Positions 1 through 7,954 of a stretch of DNA of 64,000 nucleotides are shown one piece after another; position 1 is the stretch's first letter; every line of letters begins with the position of its first letter. The translations under genes were made by a program, and so were the position numbers. Source of the stretch: Thermoanaerobaculia bacterium. Its GTDB lineage: Bacteria; Acidobacteriota; Thermoanaerobaculia; Gp7-AA8. The DNA lies in assembly GCA_035630815.1 (NCBI GenBank), contig DASQJY010000044.1:5249-69248 (forward strand), in the 5' to 3' direction. The notes under the pieces were generated by a model. It was not told where the DNA came from and made no database searches. It was given only the letters and a program-made list of their open reading frames with translations.

Positions 1-942
1 GTGGCGCTTGTCGTAGCCGGCGACGACGCGCGTTACGCGGCGCTGGCGATCGCGATCCTGTCGCTCAACTACGACCCGTACGTCTACATCGCGGCGCTGG
101 TGGTGTTGTTCGGCCGGCGCCTGAAGTGGTCCCTCCTGCTCGCCGCCATGCCTGTCGCCGTCTGGGCCATCACGCTGCGCGTCCTCAGCGGAAACACCAT
201 GACCACGCACCTGCGGAAGTGGTTCGTGCTGCCGGTGCTCTCCGGCTGGGTGGACTTTTTCATGGCCCCGCTCGATCGGATCCTGCTTCCCTTCGTCGCC
301 ACGCACGTAGGGCTGCAGGTAGCGTTTCACCAGCTCATCGCCATGATCTACTGGCCGCTGCTCGCGGTCTGCGTCTTCCTGCTCGTGAAACTGCGGCCGA
401 AACTGGAGCTGAGGGTCGTCGCGCTGCTGCCTCTGTTCTTCGTCCTCGAGCAGCTCGCCGCCGCCGCCTTCGACTGGGAGCTCAACCCGCGCCGCGCCAT
501 CCCCGCGGTGCTCGCGTTCGCGTTCGCCTACCTCTATGCAATGGATCGCGAGTGGCAACGCTGGCGCATCGCCTTCATCGCCTTGTTCCTGATGAGCGGC
601 CTGCTGGCGATGAGCGACACGCTGTTCGGCAAGCCCGCCATCGCCTACCTGCACACCGGGCAGGCCATCCGTCACGACGTGCACGACATCGTCCGCGCGG
701 AGCGGATGCGTCTCGACACGGACTCACTCCCCCGCCTCACCCGCGATGAACCGATCACCTGGCGTGACGTCGACCGCGCCAAGGCTCAGAATCTCGGCAC
801 GTTCGCCGTCACGCAGACGATGGGCGTGCTGCTGCTGTTTGGATTGTTCTGGCTGACGGCGCGGGCGGAACTGCTGCCGCGCTGGCTGCCATGGGCGGCA
901 GTGGCGATGTGGGCGGTGAGCCTCGTGCGCTTCGTCTCGTAG
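1..942 (+). CDS. integral membrane protein, probably 5'-truncated by the window edge
   Basis: The ORF runs from base 1. Translation is dominated by hydrophobic helices (LLLAAMPVAVWAITL, WPLLAVCVFLLV, LLLFGLFWL). No family recognised. Confidence 0.45.
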   Translation: MALVVAGDDARYAALAIAILSLNYDPYVYIAALVVLFGRRLKWSLLLAAMPVAVWAITLRVLSGNTMTTHLRKWFVLPVLSGWVDFFMAPLDRILLPFVATHVGLQVAFHQLIAMIYWPLLAVCVFLLVKLRPKLELRVVALLPLFFVLEQLAAAAFDWELNPRRAIPAVLAFAFAYLYAMDREWQRWRIAFIALFLMSGLLAMSDTLFGKPAIAYLHTGQAIRHDVHDIVRAERMRLDTDSLPRLTRDEPITWRDVDRAKAQNLGTFAVTQTMGVLLLFGLFWLTARAELLPRWLPWAAVAMWAVSLVRFVS

Positions 943-952
943 GCGCCCGAAC

Positions 953-1029
953 GGTGTCGGGTGTCAGGTATCTGGGGTGTCTCGTCCGGGCGACAATCCC
1001 CAGACATCTGATACCCGACACCTGACACC
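953..1029. repeat. heptamer-array hairpin element, GGTGTCA family
   Basis: Left arm is GGTGTCG GGTGTCA GGTATCT GGGGTGTCT. After a loop, the right arm CCAGACATCTGATACCCGACACCTGACACC is its reverse complement. Lies between convergent genes (stops at 942 and 1083). Confidence 0.9.
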
Positions 1030-1082
1030 ACCCCCCCACCGCCGGATCCCTCGCTACACTCGGGATGACGCGTCTGCGCGCG

Positions 1083-1658
1083 TCAGAACTCCGGTGCGAT
1101 CAGCCCCAGGTTGTTGTCGCGCCGCTTGTAGATCACCGACACCTGGTCGGTGTCGATGTCGCGGAAGACGATGAACTCGTTCTTGGAGTCGTCGAGGTGC
1201 AGCGCGGCCTGCTCGATCGACATCGGGCGGATGGCGATGTTGTTCGTCTTGATGATGCGCGGCATCCCCTCGTTCGCCTCGTCGGTCAGGCGGCCCGGCT
1301 CGAGCACCTGCACGGCCCACTCGGTGATGTCGGGAGTGAAGGCCGTCTCGCCGTTGCCGTGGCGGTGATGGTCGCGGATCTTCTTGCGGTTCTTCTGCGC
1401 CTGGCGCTTCACGTGGTCGAGCGCGGAATTGGCGGCGTCCTGCATCGACTCGTCGGAGGTCTGCACGCTCTTGACGTCGTGCTCCTTGCCGGTGATCAGG
1501 ATCTCGCAGATGTTGCGGTACTTCTCGACCTGCAGCACCACGCGCACGTCGATCACGTCGTCGAACAGCTTCTCCTGGATCTTGGCGAGCTTGGTCTCGA
1601 GCATCGCGCGGAGGTCGGCTGGGATGTCGTAGTTGCGGCCGGAAATCTCGGTTGCCAT
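1083..1658 (-). CDS. hpf: ribosome hibernation promoting factor, long form
   Basis: From MATEISGRNYDIP there is an S30AE-type N-domain plus the long-HPF C-terminal domain (RIIKTNNIAIRPMSIEQAALHL..FIVFRD). Directly downstream of rpoN. Start placed at internal ATG 1658. Confidence 0.9.
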   Translation of the reverse strand: MATEISGRNYDIPADLRAMLETKLAKIQEKLFDDVIDVRVVLQVEKYRNICEILITGKEHDVKSVQTSDESMQDAANSALDHVKRQAQKNRKKIRDHHRHGNGETAFTPDITEWAVQVLEPGRLTDEANEGMPRIIKTNNIAIRPMSIEQAALHLDDSKNEFIVFRDIDTDQVSVIYKRRDNNLGLIAPEF

Positions 1659-1669
1659 CGTCACACCTC

Positions 1670-3124
1670 TCAAAAGATTTGCTTGCGGTCCGTCGACGAG
1701 GGGATGTTCAGCTCGTCGCGGTACTTCGCCACGGTGCGCCGTGCGATGTTGATGCCTTCATCGTTGAGGATCTTCATGATCTTCGAATCGCTGAGAGGCT
1801 TGCGCGGGTCCTCGTTCTCGATGTAGCTCTGGATCTTCTTCTTCACGGTCAGCGACGAGATGTCCTCGCCGGTATCGGAATCGATTCCGCTGTGGAAGAA
1901 GTACTTCATCAGGAACAGGCCGCGCGGCGTGTGCATGTACTTGTTGGACACGACGCGCGAGACCGTGGATTCATGCATCTGGATGTCGTCCGCGACGTCG
2001 CGCAGGACGAGCGGCCGGAGGAAGTCGATCCCCTTCTCGAGGAACTCGCGCTGGTGCTTGACGATCGATTCGGCCACCTTGTAGATCGTGCGCTGGCGCT
2101 GGTCGAGTGACTTGATGAGCCACACCGCGGAGCGGATCTTGTCCTTGATGTAATTGACCGTTTCGCCGTCGGACTTCGAGTCCATCGAGTTGAGCATCGA
2201 GCGGTAGCCGCTGTTGATGCGCAGCTTGGGCATGCCGTCCTCGTTGAGGACGATCACGTATTCGTCGCTGACCTTGTGCACGTAGACGTCGGGCTCTACG
2301 TAGATCGCTCGCTCATTGGAGTATTTCCTCCCCGGCTTGGGATCGAGATGCTTGATCAGCTCGACGATGCCCTCGAGCGTCTTCATGTCGATGCCCAGGG
2401 ACTTCGCCAGCGGGACGAACTTCCGCTGCATGAACTCTTCCCAGTGATCGCGGATGATCACTTCCACGAGGGGCGTGTCGATCTCCAGGAAGCGCAACTG
2501 GAGCAGGAGGCACTCGCGGAGGTCGCGCGCGCCGACGCCGATCGGGTCGAGCGACTGCACGGCCTTGATCGCGGTCTCCACTTCCTCCGGCGTGTAGCCG
2601 CCGGACGCGGCCACCTCGTCGTCGGTGGCGCGGAGGTAGCCGTCCTCGTCGATGTTGCCGATGATGAACTGCGCGATCTCTTTCGTCCGCGGCGAGGCGT
2701 CGGACATCGAGAGCTGCCAGCTCAGGTGATCGGAGAGGTTGGGGGGGCGGGTGAGCGTGTTCTCGATGGGGAACTCTTCGTGCTCCTCCCCCATCCCGCG
2801 CGGGTTGTAGCCGTACTCGATGTAGTCCTGGAAGTACGCGTCGTAGTCGATCTCGTCGAAGGAGTCCTTCTCCTTCTCCTCCTTCGTCTCCTGCTTCTTC
2901 GCGTCCTCGGCTTCGTTCTCCGCTTTCGCTTCCTCGGCCTGGGTCTCCTCGGTCTTCACTTCTTCAGCGGATTCGTCGAGGAGCGGGTTCTCGAGCAGTT
3001 CCTGGTTCAGCACTTCCTGCAGCTCGAGCTTCGACAGTTGCAGCAGCTTGATCGCCTGCTGCAACGACGGCGTCATGATCAGCTTTTGGCTGAGTTTGAG
3101 GTGAAGCTTCTGTTCAAGTGCCAA
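1670..3124 (-). CDS. rpoN: RNA polymerase sigma-54 factor
   Basis: N-terminal MALEQKL.LKLSQKLIMTPSLQQAIKLLQLS region, acidic linker, and C-terminal RpoN box ARRTVAKYR. Confidence 0.95.
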   Translation of the reverse strand: MALEQKLHLKLSQKLIMTPSLQQAIKLLQLSKLELQEVLNQELLENPLLDESAEEVKTEETQAEEAKAENEAEDAKKQETKEEKEKDSFDEIDYDAYFQDYIEYGYNPRGMGEEHEEFPIENTLTRPPNLSDHLSWQLSMSDASPRTKEIAQFIIGNIDEDGYLRATDDEVAASGGYTPEEVETAIKAVQSLDPIGVGARDLRECLLLQLRFLEIDTPLVEVIIRDHWEEFMQRKFVPLAKSLGIDMKTLEGIVELIKHLDPKPGRKYSNERAIYVEPDVYVHKVSDEYVIVLNEDGMPKLRINSGYRSMLNSMDSKSDGETVNYIKDKIRSAVWLIKSLDQRQRTIYKVAESIVKHQREFLEKGIDFLRPLVLRDVADDIQMHESTVSRVVSNKYMHTPRGLFLMKYFFHSGIDSDTGEDISSLTVKKKIQSYIENEDPRKPLSDSKIMKILNDEGINIARRTVAKYRDELNIPSSTDRKQIF

Positions 3125-3143
3125 CTTCTGGGGCCTTCCTCGC

Positions 3144-3896
3144 TCAGTTTAGATTGAATGTCTCGCCGAGATAAATGCGCCGGACTTCCGCGTCGGCAGA
3201 AAGGCTCTCCGGCACGCCCTGCCGGAAGATTTCGCCTTCTTTGATGATGTAGGCCCGATCGGTGATCTTCAGCGTTTCCCGCACGTTGTGATCCGTAATG
3301 AGGATCCCGATCCCCCGGGCCCGCAGTTGCGAAACGATGCGTTGAATCTCGAAGACTGCGATTGGATCGATTCCTGCAAACGGCTCATCTAGCAAAATGA
3401 ATGCCGGATTGATCGCGAGGCTCCTGGCGATCTCCACGCGCCGCCTCTCCCCCCCTGACAGCATGTAAGCGCGGCTCCGCGCGATGTGCGTGATGCCGAA
3501 CTCCTCGAGCAGCGCACGCGTCCGGCGCTCGCGCTCCGCGAGCGGCAGGCGCATGGTCTCGAAGACGGAGAGGAGGTTCTCCTCGACCGTCAGTTTCCGG
3601 AACACGGACGCTTCCTGCGGCAGGTAGCTGATCCCGCGCTGCGCCCGCAGATACATCGGCAGCTCGGTGATGTCGTCGTCGCCGAGGGAGACCGTCCCGT
3701 CATCCGGCTTCACCAGCCCCACGATCATGTAGAAGGTGGTGGTCTTCCCCGCCCCGTTCGGCCCGAGCAGCCCGACGATCTCCCCCTGCCGGATGTCCAC
3801 CGAGACGTCGCGCACGACCTTGCGCCCCTTGTAAACCTTCACCAGGTGGGTTGCCGTGAGCCGCAGCGGCTCGGGTTTGACGGAGGCATCAGCCAT
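3144..3896 (-). CDS. lptB: LPS export ABC transporter ATP-binding protein
   Basis: Walker [13 protein letters not shown] signature [15 protein letters not shown], Walker [10 protein letters not shown]. Sits between rpoN and an OstA-domain gene. Confidence 0.93.
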   Translation of the reverse strand: MADASVKPEPLRLTATHLVKVYKGRKVVRDVSVDIRQGEIVGLLGPNGAGKTTTFYMIVGLVKPDDGTVSLGDDDITELPMYLRAQRGISYLPQEASVFRKLTVEENLLSVFETMRLPLAERERRTRALLEEFGITHIARSRAYMLSGGERRRVEIARSLAINPAFILLDEPFAGIDPIAVFEIQRIVSQLRARGIGILITDHNVRETLKITDRAYIIKEGEIFRQGVPESLSADAEVRRIYLGETFNLN

Positions 3897-3948
3897 GCGC
3901 GGCGGAGATTATCAGACGAGAGGCTCCGGCGCGGGCGTACCGTGAACG

Positions 3949-4260
3949 GAATTGAAAATTGAAAATTGAAAATTGAAAAATCGGAGCTGCCCACTCATGC
4001 AGCGAACGGAACGATCTCCAACTCTGCCGCCTTGTCGGCACGCTCGAGGATCTGCTCCACGCGCGCCAACGTGACGTTGTCGAGCAGGTACTCGTTGCAT
4101 CGTTCGCACTGCAGAACAGGCAGCTTCTTGATGATGACGATGGTCGCCCCCGAGACCTTGAATGGCAGATCGGTCGTCGCTGCCATCAGCTTCCCGGCAC
4201 AAACGAGGCACTTCATGACCGCCCTCCGATTTTTCAATTTTCAATTTTCAATTTTCAATT
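3949..4260. repeat. GAAAATT-heptamer inverted repeat pair enclosing a 222-nt ORF (MITE-like, filled copy)
   Basis: Left arm 3949-3986 is GAATTGAAAATTGAAAATTGAAAATTGAAAAATCGGAG. Right arm 4224-4260 is its reverse complement. AT-rich arms in a GC-rich context. An empty copy of the same arms lies at 28557-28646. Confidence 0.9.
3995..4216 (-). CDS. YgiT-type zinc-finger protein (MqsA N-terminal-like domain only)
   Basis: MKCLVCAGK...LQCERCNEYLL gives two CxxC pairs with the spacing of the YgiT-type zinc finger. SD GGAGG lies 6 nt upstream of ATG 4216 and is contributed by the repeat arm. The ORF-track start at 4237 lies inside the arm. Confidence 0.6.
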   Translation of the reverse strand: MKCLVCAGKLMAATTDLPFKVSGATIVIIKKLPVLQCERCNEYLLDNVTLARVEQILERADKAAELEIVPFAA

Positions 4261-4294
4261 TGGCTCCGAAGGCAACCGGCCCTCCATCCTCCGC

Positions 4295-6283
4295 CTAACC
4301 CTCGTGCTTGTACGTCCCCTGCGTCTTGCCGTCCGAGCTGAGGACCTGGACACGGTCCTTGGCGATGTCGAAGACGATCTGCTGGCCGGCTACGTTTCCT
4401 TTCGGGTCGGTGATCGTGGCGGGCTTGCCGAAGACGTAGATCATCTTTTTCTCGACGTGGTAGATCGCCTTGTCGCCCGTCCCTTTGCGGCCGGTGGACG
4501 TCTCCCCCATCGCCACGCCGTTCTCCGCTTCCATCCGCTCCACCTTGCGGTTCTCGTCGAGGAAGAGCGTCGCTTTCTCCGACTTCAGGTTGCGCGTTTC
4601 GTCGACGATCGAGACCTTGCCGAGGAGCTCGACGCGGCGCTCGTTCTTGCGGGCGATGAGCTGGTCGCTGTTCGCCTGCATCGGGGTCTTGCGCGCGACA
4701 TCGGTGGAGGTGTTGTAGAGCAGCGTGCGCACGTTGCCGCGCGCGGTGATGCTGTCGCCGGCGCCCTGCACCTGCAGCTCCTGCGAGAGGATGGTGTTGT
4801 TGTCCTGCCAGGCGCGGACGTTGCCGGTGAAATGGGCGACCTTCTGCGCCTGCCGCATGATCAGCTCATCGGCGTTGACGAAGACCGGCTTGCCCGAGGG
4901 GAAGAGATTCGTGCCGTCCGCCGAGGCGCCGGTGGTTTTCGCCTTCGACGCGAGCTGCGCGATCACGGAGCCGGTTGCGCGTGCGGTCTGCGCGCGCGGG
5001 GCGAACTCGATCTGCTTGGCCTTCAGCGTGTGGCCGTCGCTGACGACCGTCGCCTGCCAGCCGGGATCGGTGGTGAGCAGGATGCGGTCGCCAGTGATGT
5101 CGTAGGTCGCGCGGAATGCCGAGGCGGTGGTGCGCGGGTCCGTGTAGCGGAACGCGCCCTCGAGAGACGCGGTGCTCGCCTTGCGCGTGCCGGGGTCGAA
5201 CCAGACCTTCACGTGCTCCGCGGTGATCTGGCGCGTTTCGGGTCCGAGCTCTTTCATCACCACGGACCAGTCGGCCCTGATCTCGCTGACGGAGCGGTTC
5301 GCGAGCGCGATCCGGAAGTTGCGCGCCACAATGTCGCGCTGCGGCGGGCCGTCGAGGATGGCCCGGGCCATGTTCTCGGCGCTGATGGCGTTGATGGCGT
5401 TGATCTGGCCGTCCGGCCCGAGCTCGGTGTTGAAGAGGTCGCAGGTGATCTGTTTGCGTCCGCCGAGGTCCTCGCCGGGGGCGGTGTTGGCAGCGGTGAC
5501 GATGACCACGTTGCCGCGCCCTTCGAGCGCGACGATCTGCTTCCGGTCCGGCGTGAAGCGGCCGATCATGTAATCGGAGCGGAGGCTTTCCGGTCCGCGG
5601 TCCATCTTCACTGCTTTGGTGAACTCGACCACGTTCTCGGTGCGCCGGAAGAGGCTCTCCTCGCCGGCGATGGTCATCGGCTGTTCGGTCGGGTGCTGCG
5701 GTGCCATGGTGGCGGTGACGTTCTTGTGCAGCCGCAGCGTCTCGCCCGCGACGTCGAGGTCGAGCGCGCCGGCCTTGCCGTCCCACCGGTCGACCTTGAA
5801 CTCCACCGGGATGTCGTTCCTCAGCCGGCTGCCGTCGTAATGGATCTCGGCGGTCTTGATCTCGATGCCGTCGGTGGAGGTGACGCGCACGCCCCCCTTC
5901 GCCTCGGCTGCCTTCGTCTGGCTGTTGAATTGCGCCTGGGGGCAGGCGATCACGTAGGTCAGGCCATTCTGACGGTGAAGGGTGAGCGTGACCCCTTCCA
6001 GCGTGGTCCAGCCGGATTCGAAGGAGACCAGGCGAGTGGCCACGATCTCGGAGACGACGCGGCCGCCGATCGTCTGCACGTCGCGAAAGGCGCGCGACTC
6101 GAGCAGCGGGTCGTCGCCGGGCCGCTGTGTCGAGGTGACGGCTACGCCCGGCTGCCGCGGTGCGCGGCGCGAGGCGGTCCAGTTGGCGACGATCACTCCG
6201 ACGAAGGCGAGAAATGCGATCGGCAGCGCATAGCGAAGGACACGGATGGTGCGCTGCATGTTCGAGCGACGTAACATCTTCAC
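4295..6283 (-). CDS. LptC/LptA-like OstA-domain periplasmic LPS transport protein (fusion-like, N-terminal membrane anchor)
   Basis: Single N-terminal TM (ALPIAFLAFVGVIVANW). Repeated beta-jellyroll OstA-like segments (GNVRAWQDNNTILSQEL, LLGKVSIVDETRNLKSEKATLF). Position immediately upstream of lptB. Confidence 0.65.
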   Translation of the reverse strand: MKMLRRSNMQRTIRVLRYALPIAFLAFVGVIVANWTASRRAPRQPGVAVTSTQRPGDDPLLESRAFRDVQTIGGRVVSEIVATRLVSFESGWTTLEGVTLTLHRQNGLTYVIACPQAQFNSQTKAAEAKGGVRVTSTDGIEIKTAEIHYDGSRLRNDIPVEFKVDRWDGKAGALDLDVAGETLRLHKNVTATMAPQHPTEQPMTIAGEESLFRRTENVVEFTKAVKMDRGPESLRSDYMIGRFTPDRKQIVALEGRGNVVIVTAANTAPGEDLGGRKQITCDLFNTELGPDGQINAINAISAENMARAILDGPPQRDIVARNFRIALANRSVSEIRADWSVVMKELGPETRQITAEHVKVWFDPGTRKASTASLEGAFRYTDPRTTASAFRATYDITGDRILLTTDPGWQATVVSDGHTLKAKQIEFAPRAQTARATGSVIAQLASKAKTTGASADGTNLFPSGKPVFVNADELIMRQAQKVAHFTGNVRAWQDNNTILSQELQVQGAGDSITARGNVRTLLYNTSTDVARKTPMQANSDQLIARKNERRVELLGKVSIVDETRNLKSEKATLFLDENRKVERMEAENGVAMGETSTGRKGTGDKAIYHVEKKMIYVFGKPATITDPKGNVAGQQIVFDIAKDRVQVLSSDGKTQGTYKHEG

Positions 6284-6319
6284 GGCTCAATTCGTTCCGG
6301 CACGGCGTACGATTTCGCC

Positions 6320-6745
6320 ATGCGTGCTCATGTGATTCTCGGTACCGCGGTCCTGCTGCTCTTCGCGACCGGTGCCGCCCCCGCCGCCGACGACCCGCAG
6401 GTGACGGAACTGCTCGCCGCCATCAAGGGAAAGGAGAACCGTCCCGCCGGCGAGGTCTTCAAGAACGTGACGCTGCTGAAGGACGTGCCCGCCGCCCGTT
6501 TCCTCCGCATGATGGACGTCGGCTACAGCCAGTCCCTCGGCATCGGCTGCGATCACTGCCACGTCGAGGACCGCTGGGAAGCAGACGAGAAACGCCCCAA
6601 GCGCGCCGCCCGCGAGATGATCATCCTGGTCAAGGAGATCAACGCCCGCCTCGGCGAGATGCAGGAGATCGATACCTCGGACGCGGTGGTGAACTGCACC
6701 ACCTGCCACCGCGGCTATGTGAAGCCGGCCCTGCAGATGCGGTAA
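6320..6745 (+). CDS. secreted c-type cytochrome, reaction-centre cytochrome c subunit-like
   Basis: Signal peptide and two haem motifs, CDHCH and CTTCH. KNVTLLKDVPAARFLRMMD resembles the CytoC_RC family. Confidence 0.65.
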   Translation: MRAHVILGTAVLLLFATGAAPAADDPQVTELLAAIKGKENRPAGEVFKNVTLLKDVPAARFLRMMDVGYSQSLGIGCDHCHVEDRWEADEKRPKRAAREMIILVKEINARLGEMQEIDTSDAVVNCTTCHRGYVKPALQMR

Positions 6746-6772
6746 GGGGCTAGAATCGCGTCGGAGCAACCG

Positions 6773-7270
6773 ATGGGAAAACCACGCTCACAAACAACGT
6801 TCAACGAGGGCGACGAGCTGTCGTGGAGCAAAGCGGGCCCGTATGCAACGAAACTCTCCGGCGGAGCTCGAACGGTAGTCGCTCACGGTGCCACTCCTGA
6901 GGAGTCGGAACGGCGAGCCGCACGGCTGTGGGAAACGCGGGAGAAGCAGATCGCGGAGGTCGCGCAACACGGGACCGACGAAGGGTTGCGAGTGGCGTTC
7001 GAGGAGCTCGCGCTGTCGTGGTCGTCGGCAACGGCACATCTATCATCCCCTGCGAAACTGGTCGAGCACCCTGCCTATCGGCAGATTATCGGGCTGGGCC
7101 CCGCGGTGCTGCCCCTGATGCTGCGCGATCTGGCGCAAACCCATCGCTTCTGGTTTCCCGCGCTCCATGCCATTACGGGCGAGAACCCGATCCCTGACGA
7201 TGCGGCGGGTGATGTCGAAAGGATGACAGAGGCGTGGATGGGCTGGGGCGCCACGAACCGCCTCATCTGA
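6773..7270 (+). CDS. hypothetical protein
   Basis: 165-aa ORF. Its stop overlaps the next start (TGATG). Confidence 0.45.
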   Translation: MGKPRSQTTFNEGDELSWSKAGPYATKLSGGARTVVAHGATPEESERRAARLWETREKQIAEVAQHGTDEGLRVAFEELALSWSSATAHLSSPAKLVEHPAYRQIIGLGPAVLPLMLRDLAQTHRFWFPALHAITGENPIPDDAAGDVERMTEAWMGWGATNRLI

Positions 7271-7716
7271 TGCGCGAGTTGCTCGAACAATTGTTCCCGC
7301 GCCTCCGGAACACTACTTTCGAAATCACGAGTCCCCGAGACGGCCGGTACAACTGCATCGCCTGGGCTGCTGGTGAAACCCATCGCTGGTGGTGGCCGGG
7401 CGAGGCACTATTCTCATTCTGGCCTGCCGGTGTGGAGCGCCAAGAATCTCTGGCCAGTTTCGTTGCTGCATTCGCCACGCTTGGTTACGAACCGTCCGCG
7501 TCAGGTGACCACGATCCGGACTACGAGAAGGTTGCGATCTTTACCTCGAGTGACGGCGTGCCCACCCATATGGTGCGGCAACTACCGAACGGCTCATGGA
7601 CGAGTAAGCTCGGTGGGCTGGAAGACATCGCGCATGTGAAGGTGAGCGGAGTTGCCGGCGCGGAGTATGGCCACGTAGTTGCGGTTCTTCAGCGCCGGCG
7701 GGCTTCGCACCCCTAG
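7270..7716 (+). CDS. hypothetical protein with candidate Cys/His pair
   Basis: Start MRELLEQ is coupled to the upstream stop. Carries RYNCIAWAAG and VPTHMV motifs. No family assigned with certainty. Confidence 0.45.
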   Translation: MRELLEQLFPRLRNTTFEITSPRDGRYNCIAWAAGETHRWWWPGEALFSFWPAGVERQESLASFVAAFATLGYEPSASGDHDPDYEKVAIFTSSDGVPTHMVRQLPNGSWTSKLGGLEDIAHVKVSGVAGAEYGHVVAVLQRRRASHP

Positions 7717-7925
7717 CGCGCAAAGACCTCGTCGGCCGGGATGACCTCGATGTTGCCGGCCTTGTACTCCGCGTACCGCCTCTCGGCTTCTTCGGCCCAG
7801 AGCTGGTCGTTCTCCTCGTCGGAGAGGTTATCGAGGCTATCGAGAAGCTGACTCGCCAGTTCGGCGCGCGACGTCAAGGGCAGATCGAGCGCTTCGGCGA
7901 CGATGTCTTTTACATCTCTGCTCAT
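7713..7925 (-). CDS. putative addiction-module antitoxin component (orphan)
   Basis: 70 aa. The pattern LPLTSRAELASQLLDSL...W..E..RR..EYKAG...IPADEVF is typical of the small addiction-module component family. No toxin partner is adjacent. Confidence 0.65.
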   Translation of the reverse strand: MSRDVKDIVAEALDLPLTSRAELASQLLDSLDNLSDEENDQLWAEEAERRYAEYKAGNIEVIPADEVFAR

Positions 7926-7954
7926 GCACGGATTTTAGCAGGCAACGGCCGCGC

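Noticed and set aside
3995-4216. Calling the zinc-finger ORF an MqsA-type antitoxin of a toxin-antitoxin pair
   Set aside because: Only the N-terminal Zn domain is present, with no HTH domain, and no MqsR-like or other toxin gene is adjacent.
3912-4298. ORFs 3912-4244 (minus) and 3966-4298 (plus) with FNFQFSIFN ends
   Set aside because: Both read through the GAAAATT arms. Only the inner 3995-4216 frame has a recognisable (zinc-finger) domain and an SD.
4304-6274. 656-aa plus-strand ORF antisense to the lptC/A-like gene
   Set aside because: Arg/Gly/Asp/Val-rich low-complexity translation typical of stop-free antisense frames in GC-rich DNA. The opposite strand has clear OstA-domain homology and operon context.
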